From a virus (Duplodnaviria > Caudoviricetes), in the IMG/VR virus record IMGVR_UViG_3300007735_000753, positions 1 through 52,330 of that record: 52,330 nt of DNA; one strand, 5' to 3'. Every line of letters begins with the position of its first letter. The stretch's first letter is position 1. A model generated the notes under the pieces. The model saw only the letters and a list, made by a program, of their open reading frames with translations, was not told the DNA's origin and searched no databases. This document shows positions 44,526-52,330 of the stretch, in pieces. The position numbers and the translations under genes are program-made.

Positions 44526-45943
44526 GACGGCAGTCTCCCGTTGTGTTTTGGTTGATATTTGACTTTGGTTGCAGCCTTTCGTCCGGCTGCACGACGCATC
44601 GCCTCTGACATGGCGCGCTTCATGGTCTGGTGATCCTGCGTCTTGCGCTCGATCACGCGCCCGATCTGGTCTTCACCCTCGGCAACGGCCAGATGCACAT
44701 TGACGGGGTTCTTTTGACCAAATCGCCAGCAACGACGCACAGCCTGATACCAACTCTCGTAGGAAAAGGACCGACCTACAAAAGCCATGTTGCTGACGTG
44801 TTGAAGGTTCAGGCCATACCCGCAGATACTCGGCTTGGTAATGAGAACGCGGGCATCTGAATTGACGAAAGAGAGAATGCCTTCCTCTTTCTGCTCGGGC
44901 TCCATTGACCCGCGCACTTCAACGGCATCGGGAATTACATCTGCTAGTGCATCGGCCTCATAGTCCGTGTCGCACCAGACGATCCACTGGTCCTTATTCT
45001 GGACCAATGCGCCGATGCACTCGGCCCTGGCTATCGCGGTCTCCCGCTTCACCCCGTGCATTTCCGTGGCTGAGTTGCTCCCCAAAGCAAACAGCCCGTC
45101 CTTGATGGGTTGTGCGCTTCCCTGCACCCGATGCCGGATGATGTTCATCGGGGGTAGGACGTATTCACTCGCATCATGGCCAAGGTCTGCCGGCGTCTCT
45201 GCCATGCGTGACCAAGACGACATCCAGTCCCAGAAGTCAGTCTGCGCGTGGCCCTTCAGTCTCCACGTCTGACTGGCTGTCTCTGTATCGTTCACAAACC
45301 AGCGCATGAGCATTTCGCTGGACTGCATGATGCTGAGAAACTCAGCGTGATTGCCAAGCTCCATGTGATCGTTTGGAGCTGGGGTGGCAGTAGCAGCGAG
45401 CCTGAACCGATAGTCCTTGAAGGAGTGGATCAGGGCTTGGGATGTCTTGCCCCCAAACGACTTGAGAATGCTGCTCTCGTCCAAGACGATCGTATCGAAC
45501 TTGTCGAGGTCCAGCTTTTCAAGCCGGTCATAGTTGCAGATGTTGATCCCGGCTTTGGCATCTTTCTGCTCACGGATAACCCGCGCGTCATAGCCAAACC
45601 GCTGCGCCTCACGCTCGATTTGCTTGGCCACTGCCAGTGGGGTCAGGATCAGGGCGCTCTTGTTTAGAGCGTGCTTGGCAAACTCCAACTCGCAAAAGGT
45701 CTTGCCCAATCCTGTGTCCAGGAACAGGCCCGCCCTTCCCTGCCTCAACGCAAAATCAACGCAGTCGCGCTGATGCGGCTTCAGGCTCTTGTGAAGATCA
45801 GGAACATTCTTCAAACCAACGGCATGGACCTTTGGCTGCTTCTTGGAAAGAAACTTGCGATAGTCGTCGTTTCTTATTGCCTTGATCGCAACCTCATACG
45901 ACTTCCGCGCGTTATCATCTGCGTCGTAGGAGTTATCCGACAT
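44507..45943 (-). CDS. SNF2-like superfamily 2 helicase
   Basis: DTGLGKT, LDESS, TATP, GLNLQ and QAVRRCWRFGQ motifs. Confidence 0.9.
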   Translation of the reverse strand: MSDNSYDADDNARKSYEVAIKAIRNDDYRKFLSKKQPKVHAVGLKNVPDLHKSLKPHQRDCVDFALRQGRAGLFLDTGLGKTFCELEFAKHALNKSALILTPLAVAKQIEREAQRFGYDARVIREQKDAKAGINICNYDRLEKLDLDKFDTIVLDESSILKSFGGKTSQALIHSFKDYRFRLAATATPAPNDHMELGNHAEFLSIMQSSEMLMRWFVNDTETASQTWRLKGHAQTDFWDWMSSWSRMAETPADLGHDASEYVLPPMNIIRHRVQGSAQPIKDGLFALGSNSATEMHGVKRETAIARAECIGALVQNKDQWIVWCDTDYEADALADVIPDAVEVRGSMEPEQKEEGILSFVNSDARVLITKPSICGYGLNLQHVSNMAFVGRSFSYESWYQAVRRCWRFGQKNPVNVHLAVAEGEDQIGRVIERKTQDHQTMKRAMSEAMRRAAGRKAATKVKYQPKHNGRLPSWLYAA

Positions 45944-46121
45944 TGGCAGCGTCCTCCTTCAGAAGAGCCGCGTGGGTCTTGAGCCACTTGCTGGCGTAGC
46001 GGTATCTATTGTACTGCCCATTGCGGAGGAACTTCTTCGACTGCTCCTTCACGCGCCGGATCTGCTGTCTCATCTGAACCTTCGTGGTTCTCTGGATCAC
46101 GTCACATCTCCCGGATTTCAA
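45933..46121 (-). CDS. Hypothetical basic protein (start uncertain)
   Basis: Fills the gap in the operon. Confidence 0.5.
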   Translation of the reverse strand: MKSGRCDVIQRTTKVQMRQQIRRVKEQSKKFLRNGQYNRYRYASKWLKTHAALLKEDAANVG

Positions 46122-46488
46122 TGTTGTAAAATGCCTTCATGAGCTTGGCCTTCAGGCGGTAGACATCCGTCCTGAAACCCTTTGAATCAGCGACAACGCG
46201 CTGCCCGTTTTCGAAGTAGATGAAGTCGGCGCGGTACTTCGTAATGCGCACTCCATTGTGCTCAATCACGAAGTCCTTCTGCCTTTCCAAGCAGGTGATC
46301 TCGCCCGCCCTCTCCCTGATCTTCAGTTCCAGCCAGTGCTTGTATTCACGCTGGGAATCGAAGGTGCCTTCGTCGGTTACGACTTTCTTGTTCTTGTACT
46401 TGGAAGGGGTGGCCCGCATGGCGAACGGGGATACGCCACGCGGGCCGGCGCCGCCTGCCGAGGGAGAGGCTGGGGAGCGGCGGCGCAT
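46102..46488 (-). CDS. DUF1064-family endonuclease (start may be 46419)
   Basis: KYKNKK...FDSQRE...YRADF.Y...VADSKG...YRLKAKLM. Confidence 0.8.
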   Translation of the reverse strand: MRRRSPASPSAGGAGPRGVSPFAMRATPSKYKNKKVVTDEGTFDSQREYKHWLELKIRERAGEITCLERQKDFVIEHNGVRITKYRADFIYFENGQRVVADSKGFRTDVYRLKAKLMKAFYNIEIREM

Positions 46489-46492
46489 GGGT

Positions 46493-46771
46493 TCAACCCG
46501 CCTTGGCTGGGGCTGTGGGGGCAGGTGCAACGGTCTTAAGCGTCATGGCCTCGCTTTCTCGCTCAGCCGTCACGCATTCATTCCAGAAGCCAATGATGGC
46601 GTCGTTCTCGAGCTGCTCGATGGAGTAGACCCCCTTCCCGGCCCAAGGCTGGGCGCGGACGCGGGAGCGGATATCTGCGAGCATCTTTTCAGTAAGTGCA
46701 GGCCTTGCCATGGGTGTGGTTTCCTTTGCTTGGGTTTGGTTAGAGAACAGGCTGAGGAATTGGTTCTTCAT
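46493..46771 (-). CDS. Hypothetical protein
   Basis: ORF in the operon. Confidence 0.55.
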   Translation of the reverse strand: MKNQFLSLFSNQTQAKETTPMARPALTEKMLADIRSRVRAQPWAGKGVYSIEQLENDAIIGFWNECVTAERESEAMTLKTVAPAPTAPAKAG

Positions 46772-47519
46772 GTGAGGGCGCCTTCTGCTTGGAAAATTTT
46801 GTGTTGGGCTGGACCGCCTGGATCACACCTGCATAGGCAAGGTTCGACGCGCGGTTGTTGTAGCGGTTGCCGTCCAAGTGGATGACGTTGCGGGACCAGT
46901 CCCACGGTCCAATGAAGGCTTCGGCAACCAAGATCCGCACAGCATGCGTCCGGTCGATGGAGCCAGCCCACCCATTGAAGACCACGTAGTAGTGGCCGTT
47001 CATGTCTCTGCGCTGGTTCAGCAGGATCTTGGATTTGAGGTTGCGCACTAAGCCGTTGGAAGAAATCTCATAAGTCGGGCGCTCGGCGCACATGCGCCAC
47101 TCAATGCCTTGCTCTTGAGCTAGGTGCTGGACCCGCTTGCGCTCGAACAATGTGATGGCTGAATTGGCCTTGGGAAGAAGGGCCGCATTCACAACCTCCT
47201 TCTTCTGGCAGTGATGGATCGCAGTAGTGTGATCTATCTTGAAAAACGACGCGATGTGCGGATAAGACCAGTTGAGGGTCTCTCTCAGTCGGCGAATACA
47301 ATCACCGCGCGCGAGGGCGATTTGCCTAGATCGGGTCTTGGAGAAGATGTCTTCGAGCGAAACATCGTTCCCCGTCTTGTTGTGCCACCAGATTACCTCA
47401 CGGCACAGGGCGCGTGCTTTCTCTCGTGGCAGGAGGTTGGCGTAACCACTACGGGCGCCGACCGTCACACTATTATCGCTAAACCTCTGATTAACATTGT
47501 CGTGTTGCATCGACTGCAT
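46740..47519 (-). CDS. DnaA C-terminal-like HTH fused to a NUMOD4/HNH endonuclease
   Basis: SYPHIASFFKIDHTTAIH; EWR...YEISSNGLVR; LVAEAFI...HLDGNRYNNRASNL. Confidence 0.75.
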   Translation of the reverse strand: MQSMQHDNVNQRFSDNSVTVGARSGYANLLPREKARALCREVIWWHNKTGNDVSLEDIFSKTRSRQIALARGDCIRRLRETLNWSYPHIASFFKIDHTTAIHHCQKKEVVNAALLPKANSAITLFERKRVQHLAQEQGIEWRMCAERPTYEISSNGLVRNLKSKILLNQRRDMNGHYYVVFNGWAGSIDRTHAVRILVAEAFIGPWDWSRNVIHLDGNRYNNRASNLAYAGVIQAVQPNTKFSKQKAPSHEEPIPQPVL

Positions 47520-47547
47520 TTCACTATCCCTCGATTTTAGATGACCG

Positions 47548-47781
47548 CTATTGGTTGTTCTTTTTTTCCGGCTGCGGGTTGCCGTCCGAGAGGCTGAAGA
47601 AGTCATCCAGCCCCAGTTCGATATTCCGCTCCCGAGCTGCTTCGATGATCCTTGGGATGTGGCGCGCAGGGATTGACCCACGCGACTTCCAGCCCTGAGC
47701 GGTCGTCGGGTGCTTCATGTTCAGTGCGCGGGCCAACTTGGTGAGCCCGCCGAATTTATTGATGATGGTTTCTACTTGCAT
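47548..47781 (-). CDS. cro: Cro-like HTH repressor
   Basis: IINKFGGLTKLARAL...TTAQGWKSRGSIP; divergent from cI. Confidence 0.85.
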   Translation of the reverse strand: MQVETIINKFGGLTKLARALNMKHPTTAQGWKSRGSIPARHIPRIIEAARERNIELGLDDFFSLSDGNPQPEKKNNQ

Positions 47782-47787
47782 ACGCTG

Positions 47788-47816
47788 ACCATACGCATGC
47801 TGCGTAAATGTGTCAA
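47788..47816 (-). promoter_or_regulatory. PR-like promoter with overlapping operator
   Basis: TTGACA, 17 bp spacer, TATGGT; palindrome TACGCATGCTGCGTA at 47792-47806. Confidence 0.75.
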
Positions 47817-47854
47817 CGTGGAAAGCGTAACCCTATTTTGGGTATTTCTCGGGC

Positions 47855-48577
47855 ATGGCAGAAAGGCAGAAGCAGACGGTTTCTCAGGCTCTGGAGGCGC
47901 TCCGGGAGCGATCCGGCCTTTCCCTGCGTTCCATAGCCATAGCCATGGGGTTCAAGGGTGCTTCGTCGGTCCAGAGGTATTTCGACGGGACCTATACGAA
48001 GGAGTTCATCCCCGTCCCCTTTGCCAGGCAGTTGTGTTCCGCCCTCGTGGGTAGGGGTAATCCCCCCATCAGAGAGGAGGACATCATGTTACTAGCCGGT
48101 ATGGCTACGCCCGATGCGCCATTGCCAAACGTGGCTGCCGTAACGACATTCCCGCCCCTCAGTACCATGCCTTTAGATGTGCCAATTCGGGGGACGGCCG
48201 TGGGTGGGAACGCTGGTGACTTCAGTCTTAATGGCGAGATTGTTGATTATGCACGCCGGCCACCCGGTATTCTGAGAAACTCGCAGGTATTCTGCGTCTT
48301 CCTCCGGGGAGACAGCATGGAACCCCGCCTTGAGCCCGGGGACCTTCTCTATGTGAACCCTGCCCGACCCGCCAAGCCCGGGGATGACGTGCTGGTGGAA
48401 ATGCTCCCCACTGAGCCGGGTGAGCCTGGACATGCCTATATAAAGCGCCTTGAGGGGCAGACCCCCACCAAGCTGATTGTCCGCCAGTTCAATCCTGCCA
48501 AACGATTCGAACTCCCCCTCAACAGGGTGGTGCGCGTGTCGCCGATTATGAGAACCGCCGAACTCCTCGGCCTCTGA
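47855..48577 (+). CDS. cI: CI-like repressor with S24 autopeptidase domain
   Basis: N-terminal HTH, VG cleavage-like site, GDSMEP (Ser) and YIKRL (Lys). Confidence 0.92.
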   Translation: MAERQKQTVSQALEALRERSGLSLRSIAIAMGFKGASSVQRYFDGTYTKEFIPVPFARQLCSALVGRGNPPIREEDIMLLAGMATPDAPLPNVAAVTTFPPLSTMPLDVPIRGTAVGGNAGDFSLNGEIVDYARRPPGILRNSQVFCVFLRGDSMEPRLEPGDLLYVNPARPAKPGDDVLVEMLPTEPGEPGHAYIKRLEGQTPTKLIVRQFNPAKRFELPLNRVVRVSPIMRTAELLGL

Positions 48578-48676
48578 TTCCCTTCCCCAGCCTGCCAAGC
48601 CACGCGCTACCCTGCGCGCGCAATATTCTTGCGTAAATTATTTTCGCCTTCTGCGTAAATTCATACGTTTCTCGCG

Positions 48677-48704
48677 TTGACACCGTACGCAATACGCGTA
48701 TAGT
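48677..48704 (+). promoter_or_regulatory. PL-like promoter with operator
   Basis: TTGACA, 16 bp spacer, TATAGT; TACGCAATACGCGTA at 48686-48700 plus nearby TGCGTA half-sites. Confidence 0.7.
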
Positions 48705-48731
48705 CATACGCATCAACGCGAGAGCAACACC

Positions 48732-49040
48732 ATGCAGACCACAGCCAACGTCATCGCCGAAGCTTGCAGCGCCAAGAGTGTGCGCGTCCATGCGGATGGG
48801 GATCGTGAGTGGGTCTATGTCAACACCCAGACCGACTCCGAAGAAGCCGCCCTTGAGTTTCTCCAGAACACGAGAAACTACCTCCGCTCCTGCGGGTGGC
48901 AGGTCTGCGCCTTCTCTAACGGGTTCTTCTTTGTAGGGACACAGAAGATCCACACGGCTGGCATTGATGCCATGCGAGGCTCGGGACCGCGCACTGCGTG
49001 GGAGCAGAAGATGATCTCTACCTGCACGGGGTGGGATTGA
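48732..49040 (+). CDS. Hypothetical early protein
   Basis: First ORF after the PL-like promoter. Confidence 0.65.
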   Translation: MQTTANVIAEACSAKSVRVHADGDREWVYVNTQTDSEEAALEFLQNTRNYLRSCGWQVCAFSNGFFFVGTQKIHTAGIDAMRGSGPRTAWEQKMISTCTGWD

Positions 49041-49044
49041 GCCC

Positions 49045-49260
49045 ATGCAGATCGAAACCAACATCAACGAGCTGGTGCAACTCAGGGAGCGTCTCGGACT
49101 GAGGGATGTTTCGTTTCCAGCGTCAATCACATGCCACGGGCCAGGATACTGGACCGTGCAGGTTTCCGAGGTCGGCGCCTGGTTCGGAAAGACCAGCGAG
49201 GACGCACTGTCATCCGCAAGGGGTGGCCTTCTCAACATGCTGAACAACAGGAGCAGGTGA
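49045..49260 (+). CDS. Hypothetical protein
   Basis: Operon packing. Confidence 0.6.
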   Translation: MQIETNINELVQLRERLGLRDVSFPASITCHGPGYWTVQVSEVGAWFGKTSEDALSSARGGLLNMLNNRSR

Positions 49261-49261
49261 C

Positions 49262-49516
49262 ATGAACATTTATGTAACTACAGAAACATCCATGACGCCT
49301 GTTGAGCGTGCGGAGGCTTTGGTGGCGGGCATCTTCTCCAGTGTGAAGGCTCTGGAAGACTTCATGCGGTCTTACCCGCTGGTGGACTTCAGGGAGATTG
49401 AGAAAGACCTGATGGACATTCAGGATCGGGTGGTGGGCCTTGCAGTCAAGGCTGACAAGTTCCGCCGCAATGAGGAACTGGACGCAGTGATCGACGCAGG
49501 GGGGATTTCCATATGA
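49262..49516 (+). CDS. Hypothetical protein
   Basis: AGGAG SD. Confidence 0.65.
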   Translation: MNIYVTTETSMTPVERAEALVAGIFSSVKALEDFMRSYPLVDFREIEKDLMDIQDRVVGLAVKADKFRRNEELDAVIDAGGISI

Positions 49517-49689
49517 CCCCCGGACAAGCAAGTGCAACTGCCGTTGCCTGCGCCCTCGTCTTCTGGAGCATGATTGTTTGCTTCAATATTGGAAGGGCTA
49601 ACCCAGCGACACAACTTCGCTCGGCTTGTGATGTTGCCGACCGCGCTGACCTCAAGGCTGGCTACTATAAGCCGGCACGGGGGCAGTGA
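49513..49689 (+). CDS. Small protein with N-terminal hydrophobic segment (58 aa)
   Basis: Overlaps neighbours at both ends; below the ORF-track cutoff. Confidence 0.5.
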   Translation: MTPGQASATAVACALVFWSMIVCFNIGRANPATQLRSACDVADRADLKAGYYKPARGQ

Positions 49690-49916
49690 TGGGTGACGAT
49701 AACATCGTGCGGTTTTCTCCCCCCTCAAAGAAGCCCAACCCCGAATATCTTCTCAGCGAAGAGGAGAACAAGCGTGAGGCACGGTCGAACCTGGCCGCTG
49801 CCATTGCCATGCTGCAGAAGCCTTACGGGGAAGAGGACTTGGAGAAAACCCTCCAGCTTATCAACGAAGCGTGGGGAATTGTCTGCGGGATTTTCATCAT
49901 GAGGCCCGACCGGTGA
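49686..49916 (+). CDS. Hypothetical protein
   Basis: Coupled ORF. Confidence 0.6.
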   Translation: MMGDDNIVRFSPPSKKPNPEYLLSEEENKREARSNLAAAIAMLQKPYGEEDLEKTLQLINEAWGIVCGIFIMRPDR

Positions 49917-50332
49917 CCAAGCGCCCGCATATCTCAAACAAGGTTTTGGTCCAGATCGCCATCCAGCAATCCATGAACGGGTGGATCTCCTGCCCCCTGT
50001 GCCACGCCCCGCTCTTCCCGGAAGAGCCGCGCATCCTCGAGCACATGGTCCCTCATGAACTGGGTGGGTCATCCGATGCTGAGAACCTTCGCTTCGTTCA
50101 TAAGGACTGCGCCTCCCGGAAGACAAACGGAAGCAAGGCAACATCTGCCGGCGGAGACCTTCACAAGATCGCAAAGGGCAAGCGCCTGGAGCGGGCAAGG
50201 CTGGCTCATGAAGCAGCGGTGCTGGGAAAGACCTTCAAGCCGGAAGAGCCCTACACATTCGTCAAGCGCAAATCGCGTCCCATTCCCTCCCGTCCATTTC
50301 CAACAAGGAAGCCACGCAATGGCCACGCCTAA
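49913..50332 (+). CDS. HNH endonuclease
   Basis: CPLC...EHMVPHELGG...NLRFVHKDC. Confidence 0.8.
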   Translation: MTKRPHISNKVLVQIAIQQSMNGWISCPLCHAPLFPEEPRILEHMVPHELGGSSDAENLRFVHKDCASRKTNGSKATSAGGDLHKIAKGKRLERARLAHEAAVLGKTFKPEEPYTFVKRKSRPIPSRPFPTRKPRNGHA

Positions 50333-50960
50333 GAAGGGTTACTTCACGCAGGACGGGACGAAGGTTCCTTCTGTCACCACGATTTTATCAAGGTTCAAGG
50401 AAAGTGGGGGGCTTCTTCACTGGGCGTGGAAGCTTGGCACGGAGGGGAAGGACTATCGCTCTGTACGGGATCAAGCAGCAGATGCTGGAACCCTCGCCCA
50501 CGAGATGATCGACGCCTACATCCATAAGCAGCCGATGACGGTTGAGGGGGATGGTGAAGTTGTTCGTCAGGCAAGGAATGCGTTCCAGGCTTACTGCAAC
50601 TGGGAAGCATCGTCTGGCATCAAGATTGAGTGGACCGAAAGGCAGTTGATATCCGAGCAGCACAAGTTCGGTGGAACGCCAGATGCGTTTGGCATCATTG
50701 ATAACAAGCCGATCCTATTGGACTGGAAGACAAGCAACAGCGTCTATTCCGACTACCTGATCCAGCTGGCGGCCTATGCCCTGCTCATCAAGGAGAATTA
50801 CGGAGTGGACGTTCAGGGGCACTACCTCTGCCGCTTCTCCAAGGAAAATGGGGACTTCAGCGTCCACCACTACCCTGATCTTTCCGAGGCGACGAAGATG
50901 TTTCTTCTCCTGCGAGAAGCATACGACCTCGACAAAATCATTCGCAAACGCGCGGCTTAA
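50319..50960 (+). CDS. PD-(D/E)XK exonuclease (Cas4-like, recombination)
   Basis: PSVTTIL, GTLAH, GTPD, LDWKTS and QLAAY motifs. Confidence 0.85.
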   Translation: MATPKKGYFTQDGTKVPSVTTILSRFKESGGLLHWAWKLGTEGKDYRSVRDQAADAGTLAHEMIDAYIHKQPMTVEGDGEVVRQARNAFQAYCNWEASSGIKIEWTERQLISEQHKFGGTPDAFGIIDNKPILLDWKTSNSVYSDYLIQLAAYALLIKENYGVDVQGHYLCRFSKENGDFSVHHYPDLSEATKMFLLLREAYDLDKIIRKRAA

Positions 50961-50980
50961 TTCGAAGAAGGAGACTGAAC

Positions 50981-51415
50981 ATGCAGATCGAAATCACCAA
51001 TATCTACCCCCCAAAGAAGCCAGGATGGAGCGCCTCCATCAAGGGCAAGGATGGGAACTATTACGGGGTGAAGGAGAATGTGGCGAATACCCTCGCAACG
51101 GGTCAGGTCATCACCGCTGACGTTGCCACTAAGGAAAAGGACGGGAAGACCTACAGGGACATCATCAAGATCCACGATGCCGGTCCGTCTGGTTCACCCG
51201 CTCCATCTGCACAGCCAGCAGCGCACATTCCATCCGTTCTACGCTATGGGAACACCGACGAAAGCACGGCGGAGCGCATCTTCGTGTGCGGGTTCGTGAA
51301 CGCGGTATCGCCCAAGATCTACGAGAAGATGGGCAATGTGAACTCGGAGCAGTTGACTGCTCTGGTTCAGGTTGCACGTGTCACGTGGGCTGAGACGTTC
51401 GGGAAGAAGGGGTAG
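50981..51415 (+). CDS. Putative single-stranded DNA-binding protein
   Basis: OB-fold-like N-terminus next to the nuclease; AAGGAG SD. Confidence 0.5.
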   Translation: MQIEITNIYPPKKPGWSASIKGKDGNYYGVKENVANTLATGQVITADVATKEKDGKTYRDIIKIHDAGPSGSPAPSAQPAAHIPSVLRYGNTDESTAERIFVCGFVNAVSPKIYEKMGNVNSEQLTALVQVARVTWAETFGKKG

Positions 51416-51485
51416 CCCGATGAACAAGGTCATGTATGGGATGGCTAAGGCAGCGTGCATCGTTCAGCAAGAGGAGCGCGGCTGA

Positions 51486-51668
51486 ATGAGCGACTACAGC
51501 GACCCGTTTGAAAGCCCTTACCTCAAGCGCCTGCGCGTGTGGAAAGACCGCGCGCGGGAGGCTGAGAGACTGAGGACGCAGGCAGAACTGCAATGGAAAA
51601 TAATTGACGCAATGAACGAAGCAGAGAGCCGTGGATGGGTAACAACGGGTCAGGGCAAAGCAACATGA
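51486..51668 (+). CDS. Hypothetical protein
   Basis: GAGGAG SD. Confidence 0.6.
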   Translation: MSDYSDPFESPYLKRLRVWKDRAREAERLRTQAELQWKIIDAMNEAESRGWVTTGQGKAT

Positions 51669-52000
51669 GCAACCGCCGCCCCCAAAGCGAAATCTACCAA
51701 GAAGCCTATGAGCGGTTTGTTTCACTCGACGCTAAAGCCCGGCTTCTCGAAGACACCAAGTCGATATTCTTCGCACAACTCTGCACGGACTTTGCTGGAG
51801 ACTTTCCAGGCTACAGCGTCAGCAAGGTCGAGATGAAGGTGAAGGCATCCGACCGCTACGAGCAGTTTGTCCGCTCTATGGTCGATGCACGCACCGAAGC
51901 CAACAAGGCCAAGGTCGCGGTTGAAGTGGCCCGCATGAAATATTGGGAGAACAGCCAAGATCGTGCTGACGAGAGGTTCACGGCGAGAGGTGCGACATGA
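51665..52000 (+). CDS. Helical coiled-coil phage protein
   Basis: ATGA coupling at both ends. Confidence 0.7.
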   Translation: MSNRRPQSEIYQEAYERFVSLDAKARLLEDTKSIFFAQLCTDFAGDFPGYSVSKVEMKVKASDRYEQFVRSMVDARTEANKAKVAVEVARMKYWENSQDRADERFTARGAT

Positions 52001-52195
52001 GCGTTCTGCTGACACTGTACTTGGCTGGGATGCCACTCGCAGCCGCGCTCATGCTGTGGTCGCTCGTTGGGATAGACGAGCGAAGACTGGCGCGAGCTTT
52101 GCACACTTCCGGGGATGGCTGCGCTGGTGGTGTTTGTCGTGCTGTGGCCTGTGTTTTTAGCCATCAGCGTTTATGAAGTTTGGTCGGAGAGGTAG
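51997..52195 (+). pseudogene. Small membrane protein gene with an apparent +1 frameshift near 52081
   Basis: First TM (MSVLLTLYLAGMPL) in one frame; second TM (MAALVVFVVLWPVFLAI) in the +1 frame. Confidence 0.4.
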
Positions 52196-52199
52196 CCGC

Positions 52200-52330
52200 G
52201 TGAAGGTACTCGACCTTTTTTCAGGCATAGGCGGCTTTAGCCTTGGACTAGGGCGCGCAGGAATGCAGACGGTTGCATTCTGTGAAATCGACCCGTTTTG
52301 CAGGCAAGTCCTGAAAAAGCATTGGCCCCA
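52200..52330 (+). CDS. 5' end of C5 cytosine methyltransferase (continues across the circular junction)
   Basis: GTG at 52200 gives MKVLDLFSGIGGFSLGL, which is SAM-binding motif I (FxGxG). Confidence 0.93.
   Translation, partial: MKVLDLFSGIGGFSLGLGRAGMQTVAFCEIDPFCRQVLKKHWP
52204..52330. repeat. Terminal direct repeat (copy 2)
   Basis: Identical to 1-127; 127 bp is a typical assembler k-mer overlap. Confidence 0.97.

Noticed and set aside
50319-50960. Cas4 as part of a CRISPR system
   Set aside because: No array or other cas genes were seen; the context is a phage recombination module

Overview
The window is almost certainly one complete, circularly closed temperate phage genome of 52,203 bp. 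Bases 1-127 are repeated exactly at 52204-52330, and the join falls inside a cytosine methyltransferase gene. Gene content points to a short-tailed (podovirus-like) phage, probably of an alphaproteobacterial host (inference from gene families). A cI/cro switch (47.5-48.7 kb) separates two arms. The + strand early arm holds an HNH protein, a PD-(D/E)XK nuclease, an SSB-like protein, a C5 methyltransferase, small ORFs, an excisionase-like gene, a tyrosine integrase, attP and tRNA-Arg(UCU). The long - strand arm holds replication and methylation genes, a Q-position regulator, terminase, portal, scaffold, capsid, adaptor, nozzle, ejection proteins, tail fibre and lysis genes. The most striking feature is about 12 otherwise dissimilar, mostly small and disordered or glycine-zipper proteins scattered through the head/tail region. 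They share two short helical peptide motifs: D[NT]RD[VI]F[ED]K[AV][LFM], which resembles the scaffold C-terminal helix, and R-x-x-[LF]-[IVA]-x-[AS]-[IVLM]-M, which is shared with an ejection protein. This suggests a peptide-addressed virion cargo-loading system. Other highlights are a dual-frame (alpha/beta overlapping) C5 methyltransferase broken in both frames by one extra base near a G9 tract, a promoter-bracketed structured ncRNA plus tRNA cassette, and a glycosyltransferase/Maf-like/FkbM three-domain enzyme next to the capsid genes. All product calls come from motif recognition by eye; no database searches were run.
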